Shown here: one piece after another, positions 11,791 through 60,051 of the stretch
How positions within the stretch are numbered: the first letter of the stretch is position 1
Layout of the letters: each line of letters opens with the position of its first letter
Assembly (NCBI GenBank): GCA_951406725.2
Contig: OX597819.1
Coordinates: 2,914,001 to 2,978,000 of the forward strand
DNA from: Octopus vulgaris
Taxonomy: Eukaryota
Length of the DNA: 64,000 bases
Direction of reading: 5' to 3'
Made by a program: the position numbers and the translations under genes
The notes under the pieces: model-generated
Databases searched by the model: none
Told to the model about the DNA's origin: nothing
What the model saw: the letters and a program-made list of their open reading frames with translations, nothing else

Positions 11791-12475
11791 AGGCTGATAG
11801 ATTACTTACTGCAAAAAGCTGATGAGTGATAATAACAGTGAAAGTCCCATTAGAACAAGACACTGGGAAACAGCAGAATTGAAAAAAAGCCAAAAGCCCT
11901 ACTTGATCACAGGATTTGTAGCACTAGTCTAGTGCTTGAATGCTCCCAACCCCAGGATTATCAGAGAAATAGAACATGACAAGTTTTTCCTGCCCTTGTA
12001 CTCGTTCATTAAACCCTTCAACTGGCAGACACAGTTCTCCCAAGTCCTGTCAGTCACGGTCGGCTTTACCTTCATAATGTAGGACTTACACCTGATGTCC
12101 TTGCACAATATTCGATGGTAGATTTTGCCACCTTAACCTGCTTGATGGATCCTTATTGATTTATTGAGGTCATTGATGTCCTGGACCTACTGGATGAGCT
12201 TGACTATCTTGATGATGTCTAACCATTGAGAATGTATCTTGGTTATAGATAACATGTTCCTGCCAGAAGCTTCCAGCCTATTCCTGACCTTCAAAATGAA
12301 CCTGGTCGTGTTTAAAAAAACAAACAAACAAAAAAACTGTTAAACACAGAGTCAATGTGGCCAGCAGTTGCAAGCTTGATTTGCCTTTTCATTCCGGCTT
12401 TCAGAATGGAAGCTACTATTTGGCTACAGTTGATATGTTGGGAAGCTAAAAATTGACATGTGTCATATAACATTA

Positions 12476-12681
12476 CAGTGGGGCTGAAAAGTTCCTGGCT
12501 TTAAGGGTATTGTGAAAGGCCTGGTTGGAGGCCCAACCTTCTGAGTTCTTTTAAAGGGTTTAGAAAAACTGAAGGACTGCTGCAATAAGTGTGTGAATCT
12601 GAGAGGGGAATATGTTTAATAAAATCTGAACCTCATGTATTTTCTTTTACCCAAAGCCAGGAACTTTTCAGCACACCATCG
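12476..12681 (+). mobile_element. Mariner-derived MITE (internally deleted)
   Basis: TIR core GCTGAAAAGTTCCTGGCTTT / AAAGCCAGGAACTTTTCAGC with TA flanks; interior keeps the transposase C-terminus GLEKLKDCCNKCVNLRGEYV*. Confidence 0.8.
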
Positions 12682-12891
12682 TATATTAAATCACCTATCT
12701 ATGGCACACTAAAGCCATGTTCACAAAACTCTAATACTCTCCCTCTTATAAAGAGCAACAATAGTTAGTTTAGTTTGTTATCAATAATCAAGTGTATCAA
12801 AGGAGTCGAAAGCTTCCTACATGATCAATGTGAAACATTCATTGGGCCGTGTGCATCAGGCATAGGCTTGGTAATATTCAAGGAAAATTTC

Positions 12892-13098
12892 AGGCAGTGA
12901 GCTGGCAGAATTGATAGCACACCAGGCAAATTACTTAGTGGCACTGTTTGTCTTTACATTTTAATTCCGCCAAGGTTGGCTTTGCCTTTCATCCTTTCGG
13001 GGTTGATAAATTAAGTACCAGTTGAGCACTGGGAGTTGATGTAATTCACTTACCTTCTCCCTGAAATTACTGGCCTTGCACCAAAATTCGAAACCAAT
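12892..13098 (+). mobile_element. SINE (family C)
   Basis: Contains GCCTTTCATCCTTTCGGGGTTGATAAATTAAGTACCAG, similar from memory to the Meta/MESC-type SINE core. Related copies near 51430-51570 (-), 52655-52850 (+) and 63615-63745 (+). Confidence 0.65.
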
Positions 13099-13889
13099 AT
13101 TCAAGGAAAATTAAGCTCATTACTATAAGTAATAGTTTTGTGTCTATTAGATCCTATGCAATCACATGTCTAAGAAGAGACTAACATAGGACAAAAATTT
13201 CAACTTCAGTTATAATACATCAAACCTTCTAAGTACTTGTACACAAGCTTGTAAGTTTCATACTATGCATAACTTTATTATTGTTTACTACTAATACCAG
13301 TGTCCAGATTAGACCAATAAGTTCCCTACTTCAACTGTGATAAGACTCCTGACTCTTCACCAGTGATCAACTAAACAATGAACGAATCTTTAGATTATTC
13401 TGTTTATAAGCAAATCACAGTATTTTAAAACAAAGAGCAAATTGACTTTTCCACACTTCTCTATTGACCATCTTTACACAGTCAATCACATTAGTGAAGT
13501 AAGTCCCTCGCACACTGCATGCTACAGAACATATCACCATTTTCACAGGGATTACCAACCCAAAAGCACACCATTAATGTTAAATTTACTTGCTTGGAGG
13601 TTTACTGTCAAGCAATTTACTAGTAGACAAAATGTAGTAATGTATATATATATATGTATTTATTTATTTATAGACACTCAGAAATACTATTGTGGCCTAA
13701 ATACTTTCAGATAATTATATACAGTGGTGAGAATTTCGGACACAGTTTATCAGGTTTTATGTTTTTATTTTATTTATTCATTTATTTTTTATGTGAACAC
13801 TGTTCTGACTGGTCCACATTACATAGTAAATGGTACTTTGCTGAGCTCACCCTCTGCTAATTAACAAACTGAAAATTGCAATATTAGTT

Positions 13890-15535
13890 TTTATTTACCA
13901 TCTTATTTATTGAACCTGATTGTTACACCATAATTATACACAATATTATTAAAAGTTTTTTTTTTAATGTTACTTTAAGATTTAAAAGAGTTTTAAATGA
14001 ATAGCCATTATAGAACATTTCTAGATATAACATTTTCAAAATTACCAGAGAAATAAAAGCAATGAACTGGAATAGGTTTTTCAATATATTTATTAAAAAG
14101 TGACCACAAAAAATATCCAGATTTGTATTGTGTTCCATTAAACATTGAAATCAAATAATTTTAATGACAGTCTAACAAAAATACTTATAGTTAATAATTA
14201 CTGTCATTAATCAAGCACTGCTTTTTACGAACACATTTTTAAGAAAGAAAGTACAATAAATTATTTCAATGACATTATATGGTAAATAAAAAAAAAATGA
14301 AACAATAGACAAACATTGATAATTATATCCCAACTAGCATTGCAGTCATATTTAAGGAAATATAAACTAAAACAAAATACCATCTATTGGTTATTATAAG
14401 AATTTAATTTATTCAGAAGATAGTTAGCAATGTTCAAATTTCCATAGATGAAGGAAAATAGTAAGACACATCCTACCCTTATTATCAATGTTGTGGAGAG
14501 AAACTGGGACCACAAGTATAAATAACATCCTCTTGAACTATTTTAATATGAACATTCACACAAGATATCCTTGAAAAGTGATGTTTTTAAAGTAATGTTG
14601 ATTATATTTATTATAATCTTTGTATAATAGTGTTTGTAGTTAATAGATCAATATTTAGTTAATGATTATTGAAATTAAATTGTCTCATAATAATTTATTA
14701 ATTAGTAATCAATATATATAGAGATAGATAGATTACTAAATAGAAGATGTAGTGTTGAAAAGAAAATTTTTGTGAATTTGTGTGAATACATACGCATGCA
14801 CCTCTTGGACACACCTAATTATCATTGTTATCTCGTCAGCAAATGAAGATGGCACCAAGACTGAACTACTTATAACAATTAAAAAAAAAAAAAAAATAGT
14901 ATTTCACTATTTTGATAAGCCATAGTTTATTAAAAAAAAAATAATTTAGACCCAGTCTTTAAATACAATAAAGAAAATTTTGAAGTATTATAAATTAATT
15001 CAAAACTTATATTCAGGAGAAAAGTCTTTAAACAAACTGTTAAAACATTTTGATAATCGAAATTTATATGCTGATGCTTACCTATTCCTATTAGTTACAC
15101 AAATTTGGAATATGCAAATTCCAAACTGAACAAATATGCCTGTAAAGTAACTTTTTCTAAATATTCATGTGGAAAGTAGTTTAAACATTATTTACCAAGA
15201 AGAATCTTTTATACAATGTTAGGTTAAAACCTTTTACTACACGCCCTCAACAAACATGGATATATATAGATACAGCTTAACTGTATGCATATATGGAACG
15301 TATAAACTATGAGCAGACACCGTTAATTGTATCATGGAAAACTTTACCTGCTGCACAGCTATGATCTACTAAAAGATGAGCAGTCAAAAATATGGAGATA
15401 AAAATGATACATTGAACAGGAAATTATGTGGGCAGAAGCAGCAGTAGAAGTATTTATCCATAAGTTTGACAAAATGGCATCTACAAACAAATGATTTCCA
15501 TTTACAATAATGAGTTGTTAACAACACTGAGTAAA
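13890..15535 (-). other. Probable ARL1 3' UTR with candidate polyadenylation signals
   Basis: About 1.6 kb of AT-rich sequence after the stop with no obvious transposon; AATAAA on the minus strand at 13906-13911 and 13890-13895. The end point is a guess. Confidence 0.45.
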
Positions 15536-52190
<36,655 letters not shown>

Positions 52191-52440
52191 TTTAAAAAAT
52201 AAATACTAAGGTGTTGTTGTTGTTGTTGTAGTGAATGGCAAAGTGTGTCTGGCAATGCTGGAGTCACCCTTGCCACATCATAGTTCTGGCAGAACTGAAA
52301 GTGTCACTGCGCATGAATCTTATCTGCTGGCAGTGGCTGACGATTGGCAAAGTGGGCAGATGGAAGCCGCGAATTGACACAATCGAATCCAGTTTTATCC
52401 GGACTGTGTTAGAAATTTCAGGATAAATAGCAAATGCGAG
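52191..52440 (-). promoter_or_regulatory. Putative ARL1 5' UTR and core promoter
   Basis: Locally GC/CpG-richer unique DNA just upstream of the ATG. Contains Inr-like TCAGTT (minus, 52298-52293), a TGCGCATG motif near 52308-52315 and a CCAAT box (plus ATTGG near 52343). Confidence 0.5.
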
Positions 52441-52855
52441 GGATTTTCTCATTGATCTCAAGTAGATGAAACTCTGTTGGAACATTCCATGTCCTATATA
52501 TTTATATTGTTTAATTTTCAAAACGTGATCCAAATCCCATCACTTTTGTTCCTTCATTCGTCGCCCTTATAACAATATGAGGGGAAAATTGTTATTAACC
52601 CTCTCTTTTACTGTGTTTTAAGCAATAAAAAAAATCATTATTAAATTCCTACAAAGCGGTGAGCCGGCAAAAATTATTAAAACTTCGGTAAAAATGCTTC
52701 GCAGTATTTGTTCCGACTTTTTACGGGTTCAAATCCCGTCGAGGTCAACTTTGTCTTTCATCCCTTTGTAATCAATAAAATAAAATGCTCATCAAGTGAT
52801 ATATTCTATTACTCCTCTCCCCTTAAAATTGCAAGCCTAAATTAGAAACAATCAT

Positions 52856-53268
52856 GGATCTTTTCGGTTTGAACGGCAGTTTTTAACATAATTTCTAGGT
52901 AATTAAAAAATCTTAAACTTCGTATACTGGTAGAATGTGTTTATAAAACATCTTTTTCTCTTGGCTTTATCGAGAAAATTCTATAGTTTGTAAGATATTT
53001 GGGATCTTTTCGGTTTGAACGGCAGTTTTTTCTAGCGGTGTCATGTGAAATTGTCACCCATAATTATGACCCTAGTATCGATCTATTGCATTTCAATCTC
53101 TTTTAGGGTTAGGGGAAAGGGTATCTTTTTTTCTTCACAAGTGTAAATAAACCCAATTAGTTTCTTAAACGAGGGACATATTCATACGGCACAGAATCCT
53201 TTTTAACTCAATAGACGTCACTGATTGGTTGAAATTGCAGAAATTGAAGAAAAAAAGCAACAAATATC
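52856..53268. mobile_element. Rearranged copy of the GGATC MITE (internal inversion)
   Basis: 52856-53001 is the right part of the 10271 MITE in reverse; 53002-53268 is its left part forward. The breakpoints carry GATATTTG and its reverse complement CAAATATC. Confidence 0.85.
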
Positions 53269-56200
53269 GGATCTTTTCCTTTTGAACGACACATGTCAAC
53301 ACAATTTCTAGTTAACTAAACACTTTAAAACTTCGTATACTGGTAGAATGTGTCAAAATAAAACATTTTTTTCTCTTGGCTTTCTTGATAAAATTGTATT
53401 TCGTTTGTTTAACGTAGTTTAATTTTTCGAATTTTAACCAATGAATCACCTCTTGTGAGCTAAAATCATTTGCTGCGTCTAAAACTGAGACAATATCCTG
53501 TCCCTAACCCTAACCCTCACCCAAACCCTAACCCTCACCCTAACCCTAACCCTAAATTTTAGCCTTTCGTTTTTTTCTTCTTCTTAATTCATCATCATCA
53601 TCATCATCATCATTGTTTAACGTCCGTTTTCCGCGCTAGCACGGGTTGGACGGTTCGACCGGGGTCTGGGAAGCCAGGAGCTGCACCAGGCTCCAGTCTG
53701 ATCTGGCAGAGTTTCTACAGCTGGATGCCCTTCCTAACGCCAACCACTCCGCGAATGTAGTGGATGCTCTTTACGTGCCACCTGCACAGGTGCCAGGGGG
53801 TCCGGCATCGGCCACGATCAGTTGGTGCTTTTAACGTGCCACCGGCACGGAAGCCAGCCAAGGTGGCGCTGGCATCAGCCACGTTCGGATGGTGCTTTTT
53901 ATGTGCCACTGGCACTGGAGCCAGTCGAGGCGGCGCTGGCATCGGCCACGTTCGGATGGTGCTTTTTATGTGCCACTGGCACTGGAGCCAGTCGAGGCAG
54001 TGCTGGCATCGGCCACGTTAGGATGGTGCTTTTTATGTGCCACCGGCACAGGTATCACAACTACTATTTCCATTGATATTTATTTCGATGTTCATGTACT
54101 TGACTCAACAGGTCTCCTCAAGCACAGCGGGATGTTCTGGAATCCAAGGTACTTTGAATGGGCAGGGGCTATGCGGAACTGGTGCAGGAAGCAGCCTGGG
54201 TCTTTGCAGTCACAGCATATCTCCAGAGATCTTGGTCCTTTGCCATTGTCTCAGTGAGGTCCAACGCTCTGAGGTCATGCTTGACTACCTCATCCCATGT
54301 CTTCCTGGGTCTACCTCTCCCCCTGATACCTTCAACTGTTTGGGAGTGGCACTTCTTCACACATCTCTCCTTATCCATCCGCAGTACATGACGATACCAT
54401 CGCAAGCGTCGCTCTTGCACACCACATCTGATGCTTCTTATGTCCAGCATTTCTCTCAGGGTGCTTACACTCTGTCGTGCATGCACACTGACATTACACA
54501 TCCAGCGGATCATGCTAGCTTCATTCCTTTCAAGTCTATGCATGTCCTCTGCAGTCACAGCCCATGTTTCACTACCGTGAAGCATGGCAGTTCGCACAAA
54601 TATGTCATACAATCTACTTTTCACTTTGAGCAAGAGACCCTTTGTCGCCAGTAGAGGTAGGAGCTTTCTGAACTTTGCCCAGGCTATTCGTATTCTAGTG
54701 GTGACACTCTCTGAGCATCCACCTCCACTACTAAGTTGGTCACCCAGGTAGTGGAAACTATCAACTACTTCTAGTTTCTCCCCCTGGAGTGTGATGGAAT
54801 CTGTTTTCTGAGTATCTGTGGTGTCTATTGTCCCTGTGCATCTGCCGCACATGAAAGCTATCTTATCAGTTAATTTCCCTTTGATGTTGCTGCACCTCTT
54901 ATGCGTCCATAGCTTACATTGGGTGCATCTTATGGAGTTTCTACCTACACCTTTCCTACAGATCGAGCAGGGCCACCTGCCCAATGGGGTGTGTGCTGAG
55001 TTCGCCTTTCTGCTTACTATAACTTTGGTCTTTGCTACATTTACTCTAAGGCCCTTTGATTCTAACCCTTGCTTCCACACCCGAAATTTCTTTTCTAGTT
55101 CCGGTAGTGATTCTGCTATGAGAGCCAGGTCATCAGCATAGAGGAGCTCCCAGGGGCATCCTGTTTTGAATTCCTCTGTTATTGCCTGGAGGACTATGAT
55201 GAATAAAAGGGGACTGAGGGCTGAGCCTTGGTGTACACCTACTTCTACCCGGAATTCTTCACTATATTCGTTGCCAATCCTAACCTTGCTGACAGCCTCT
55301 CTGTATAGAGCCTGTACAGCCCTTATTAGCCATTCGTCAATCTCCAGTTTCCGCATCGACCACCAGATAAGGGATCGGGGGACCCTGTCAAAGGCTTTCT
55401 CCAAGTCCACAAAAGCTATGTAGAGGGGTTTATCTTTAGCTAGGTACTTCTCCTGCAGTTGTCGGATCAGGAATATAGCATCAGTGGTGCTTCTACCCGG
55501 CACAAAACCGAACTGCATCTCATCTAAGCAAATTCTCTTCCTGATGAGATGGGTTATGACCCTCTCTGTGACCTTCATCATCTGATCAAACAGTTTAATA
55601 CCCCTGTAGTTATTTCTATCAAGAGCATCACCCTTACCCTTGTAGCAGTTGACTATGGTGCTGCTATGCCAGTCATTGGGTATGACTCCATTATGAACTA
55701 CCTGGTTTACAATGCGGGTGACTAGGCCATAGCCCACTGTTTTAAGCATCTCAGCAGTGATTCCTGATGGGCCGGGGGCTTTACCTGGTTTCATATCCTT
55801 AACTGCCTTAACTACAAGGGAGCTGTCTATTCGGATAGCTGGTCCCTCTACTGGGTAAATTAATTTAATTGTTACGCGTGTGTCTAAAATTATTCGTTTT
55901 GTTTTTGTTTTGAGTTTTTGCTTTCGTTTTAGCCTTTCATTATGTATACATATGGAAAATGTGTATATAAAATTATAGAATTATTTTGTTTGTTAATTGT
56001 TTAAATTATTTTCAGTAGCTTTCGTTTTAGCCTTTCGTCTTTTTTTCTTAATTGTTAACCTTAAATTAATTTAACTATTAAGAAAAAAAAAAACGAAAGG
56101 CTAAAATTTAGGGTTAGGGTGAGGGTTAGGGTTAGTGACAGGATGTTGTCTCAATTTTAGATGCAGCAAATGATTTTAGCTCAATTAGAGGCAATTCATT

Positions 56201-56371
56201 GGTTAAAATTCGAAAAATTAAACTACATTAAACAAACGAAATACAATTTTATCAAGAAAGCCAAGAGAAAAAAATGTTTTATTTTGACACATTCTACCAG
56301 TATACGAAGTTTTAAAGTGTTTAGTTAACTAGAAATTGTGTTGACATGTGCCGTTCAAAAGGAAAAGATCC
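53269..56371. mobile_element. Foldback element with ~300-bp TIRs containing (TTAGGG)n, interrupted by an RTE LINE
   Basis: 53269-~53580 is the near-perfect reverse complement of ~56080-56371; GGATCTTTTCC termini related to the 10271 MITE; (CCCTAA)n at 53502-53555 and (TTAGGG)n at 56108-56135. Confidence 0.88.
53590..55855 (-). mobile_element. 5'-truncated RTE LINE with intact 541-aa RT-to-C-terminus frame
   Basis: ORF 54169..55794 has KAPGPSGI, NYRGIKL, QFGF, FVDLEKAFD, GVHQGSALSP, YADD, PHD-like insert, YLG and GRGRPRKTW; 3' UTR repeats at 53765-54050; (GAT)n tail. Confidence 0.96.
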
Positions 56372-56399
56372 TTTGAATGTCCTTTTTCTTTCTTCTAGA

Positions 56400-59300
56400 T
56401 GTAGAGAAAATTAGAGTCATCCAAAAAGCTGTCCAAAATGGGCAGCTCCTATGGTGTGTGTAGTAGAAATATATAGTCAGTACAAGGTGTTGATGTGGCT
56501 GCGTGTATGTTATTTACAAGAGTTCATAAAGAAATGAAGAATAAATTCAAGACTTATATATTTACTACATAAAAATATATTTTATTTACTGGTCAATGAT
56601 GATACAAAGAATCAGTATGCAGAATCTAGTTCAATGAAGTAATCTATGCAAGAAAATTCAGACTGAAAATGTAGCAATAACAAGTAAGTGGTGATTTTCA
56701 GTCATGTGGCGTAGAGAAATATATGGACATAGCAATGACATGAATGGCTCTAATTCTAATTGACTAAGAAGCAAAGAGCAGGGTTAGCAAGCTGTTTTTA
56801 TTAATGGAATGCTAGATATTCTAGAAACTTCCAAGAGAAACGCCAAGCTTCTTGAATAATTAAGAATCACATCTCATGATACAGATGCTTTGAGAAACTT
56901 AGAGAAGGGAGGTTTCTCTCTAATCTTTCTTTCAAGGGAGATCATTCAACTATTTAGCTATATAGACCACTACATGTGTATTAAAAAAAGAATAACAAAA
57001 TCAGGGTGTGTGTCGATTTTCCCACTGGCTTGAATGAATGTCTGAAAACATGTCACTTTCCACCACCTACTCCAGAGGATATTTTCATAAAGTTGAATAG
57101 GGGCAAAATATTTTTGAAACTCGATCTCTCCAATGTGTACCTACAAATTAGAGTACACAAGGAATGCTCAAAATACCTAACGGTGAATACACATAAGGAA
57201 CTATATAAATATAACAGATTACCATTTGGTTTAAATGTTGCACCTGCAATTTTTCAACAGGTTTTGAATGCAGTGTTAGCAGTCTGTGAATTCACAATAT
57301 CATACCTGGGTGATATACTAATTAAAAGTGAATCTTATGATCAGCATGTCAAGCATGTAAAATGTGTTTTTGAAAAAATGAGAGATTACGGTTTCACACT
57401 GAGTGAGGGAAAATGTGAATTTTCTTACCTAAAATTAAGTATTTAGGACAAATTATTTACAGGAATGGACGATGACTAGACCAGTTGAGGGCAGACACAA
57501 TTAAAAATATGCCTCCTCTGACTAATATAACGACCTTACACGCTTATTTAGGTCTAGCAAATTATTATCAACATATATACCATATATGCATGAATTGATA
57601 GTTCCACTAAATAATTTGCTTAAAAGGATGTGAAGTGGAATTGGGCAAATAATTGTCAAAAGGTATTTGACAATATCAAAAAAATATTAATATCAGATTT
57701 GTCGCTGGCTCATTTCAATCCTGCAGTGGAGATTGTCGTAGCTTCTGACACTTCTGAATTTGGCATAGGAGTAGTAATGCTACGCAAATATAAAGACAGT
57801 AATATGAATGCGGTGGTTCATGCCTCACATTCTTGGACAGCTGCAGAGAAAAACTATAGTCAAATAGAGAAAGAAGCTCTAGCAATCATTTTTGCTGTGA
57901 AGAAATTTCAAAAATTGTTTACATGGTAGAAGTTTTCAGCTACTAACTGATTACTAACCATTATTATCAATTTTGGTTGGAAGAAAGGAATTCCTACCCA
58001 TATAGCAAATAGGTTACACCACTAGGGTACAATATTGTTGAATTATGACTTTAAGATGGAGTATATACCATCCAAGAGGTTAGGCCATGCAGACTTTTTA
58101 TCAATACGGAAAATACGTAACTATTTGATGATACTGTGATTGCCGAGTTGCAAGCAGAAAATGAAATAGAAAACATTTTGTATAATGTCATCTGGGAGCT
58201 GCCAGTAACTGGTCAAGATGCAGATATGAAATTCAAATTGGAGAATGACAAATATATTGCAAAGATGAAATAAATGTTGAAGGTAAAAGAAAATTAAAAT
58301 ATATGTAACACAAATGCGAACCATTTTTCTGTGTGTGATAATGTGTTGATGTCTGCAGAAAGAGTTGTAGTGCCAGCCGCACTACAAAAGCGTATATGAA
58401 GTGAATTTCATATGGGACACCCAGGGATTTCAAGAATGAAATCAGAAATGAGGAGTATTGGCTTTCTATGGACCGTGATACTGAAGAATTGGTGAAATCC
58501 TGCAGAGGTTGTGCTCTCGTAGTAAAGTCACCACTGGTGCAATTCCAATTGTGGCCTAAGACAGACAGTCCGTGGTCCAGGCTACATATAGATTTTGCGT
58601 GTATTATCTGATCATAGTAGACAGCTATACCAAGTGGCCAGAAATATGTAAATGCAGTCAACCAATCTCAAAGGTAACAATAAGATTCCTTCACAAACTT
58701 TTTGCATGATATAGTGTTCCAGAACACAGTTTACAGGGTACGAGTTTAAAAATTTCTGTAAAATGCATGCAATCAATGACATCGCTGCTCCACTGTACCA
58801 CCCAAGATTAAATAGGCAAGCAGAAAGGTTCGTAGACACATTTAAGCAAGCCCTAAAAAAATCAGGAAATGAATTAGGCAATCATGCAGCACTAACTCAA
58901 TCCTTAAGGGTTTCCAGGGTAACACCTAACCTGAACACCTGTTCAAGCAAGTTGCCCACATAGCTAATGTTTACCCAGGAGATAAAATCAATTTTTGATT
59001 AATTGTTACCTACAAAAGAAAACTTACAGGGAAATCCCAAGAAACACAACGAAGTATTTTAATGTGGGAGATAAAGTTCATTTAAAAATATATAAGAATG
59101 GGAGACAAGGTTGGGAAGATGGTATAGTGATGAAAAGAATAGGCAGTATGATGTACATAATAAAAGGTCAGATGGGAGAGCACAAACGACAGTTGAACCA
59201 GTTGAAGACTAGACATACCGAAGAAAGAGAAGAAATACCAATGGAAGTTTGTTATGACTTGTTTGATGTTCCAACACCAAATGAGGTTGAACCTAGGTGG

Positions 59301-59748
59301 ATCAGCAATAGAAAATGTAAACAAATAGAAAGACTAAAAATAGTCCCCAAGGGAAAGATGTATTAAAACTTCTAGGGAAATTGAAATCTCAAAGAAAGGG
59401 AGAGGTGATGATGAAAAAGAAAAAAAGAAAATTAAATAAACAAGTTGCACTTCCAACAGAAGTCAAATCTCAAAAGGGATGTTATGGTGAGAATCCTGAC
59501 ACCCCTGTGAGAATGGACTAGCCAAATTCATGTAAATAGCAGCATGTTTGACTGAGAGGAGAAATCACAGGCAGTCGAAAGGTGTTGTTCGTGGAGTTGC
59601 AGGAAATTGTTGAGAGTTGTTTTAGATTGGTTACAGTTGTTGGCAGAGTATTTGGGAATACATCAAGTGGAAATAGGTGGTGTCTACTCCATTCTGTGGT
59701 ACTTTATATCACACTGTATTCGTGCAGAGCACTAAGGTGACCACATCA
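56400..59748 (+). mobile_element. Decayed Gypsy (Mag/K02A2.6-like) LTR retrotransposon, pol and probable 3' LTR
   Basis: RT (WAAPMVC|IKKK..IRVCVDF, RLPFGLNVAPAIFQ, YLGDILI), RNase H (ASDTSEFGIG, NYSQIEKEALAI), integrase (HPGISRMK, PWSRLHIDFA, YHPRLNRQAERFV) in Gypsy order. Purine tract then TG...CA candidate LTR at 59480-59748. Confidence 0.88.
56459..56974. mobile_element. Solo LTR nested in the Gypsy RT
   Basis: TGTAGT...ACTACA termini with 4-bp TSD TGTG (56455-56458, 56975-56978). Removing it restores ATG GTG TGT ATT AAA in the RT frame. Confidence 0.8.
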
Positions 59749-60051
59749 TAAATGTTCGAATTGGCTAGATCTAGCCTCTCACACCTATCCTACAGTGTTA
59801 GTCTAAAAAATATTGTCACATATCTGAAATCTCAAAGTTACAAAATAACATATTATAAATGCAAAACAATGTAAGTAAATGTTACATTTAATAGAATAAT
59901 CTGAATGCTAAAGGGTTAAGCTTTTCAATATTTCTATATCAGATTGGAGAGCATTGATTTGTTTCTTGATTTTTTCTTGCCAAGTTTTGTTTTTTATGAA
60001 AATTTGTAACACTCTTTTGCAGTTTTACACCACACATTATTATTATTATTT

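Noticed and set aside
11880-12350. Possible Tc1-like transposase remnant on the minus strand
   Set aside because: Only weak motif resemblance and no TIRs or TSD found.
53502-53555. Chromosome end or telomere fusion site
   Set aside because: The (CCCTAA)n and (TTAGGG)n tracts are short and sit symmetrically inside the TIRs of a foldback transposon.
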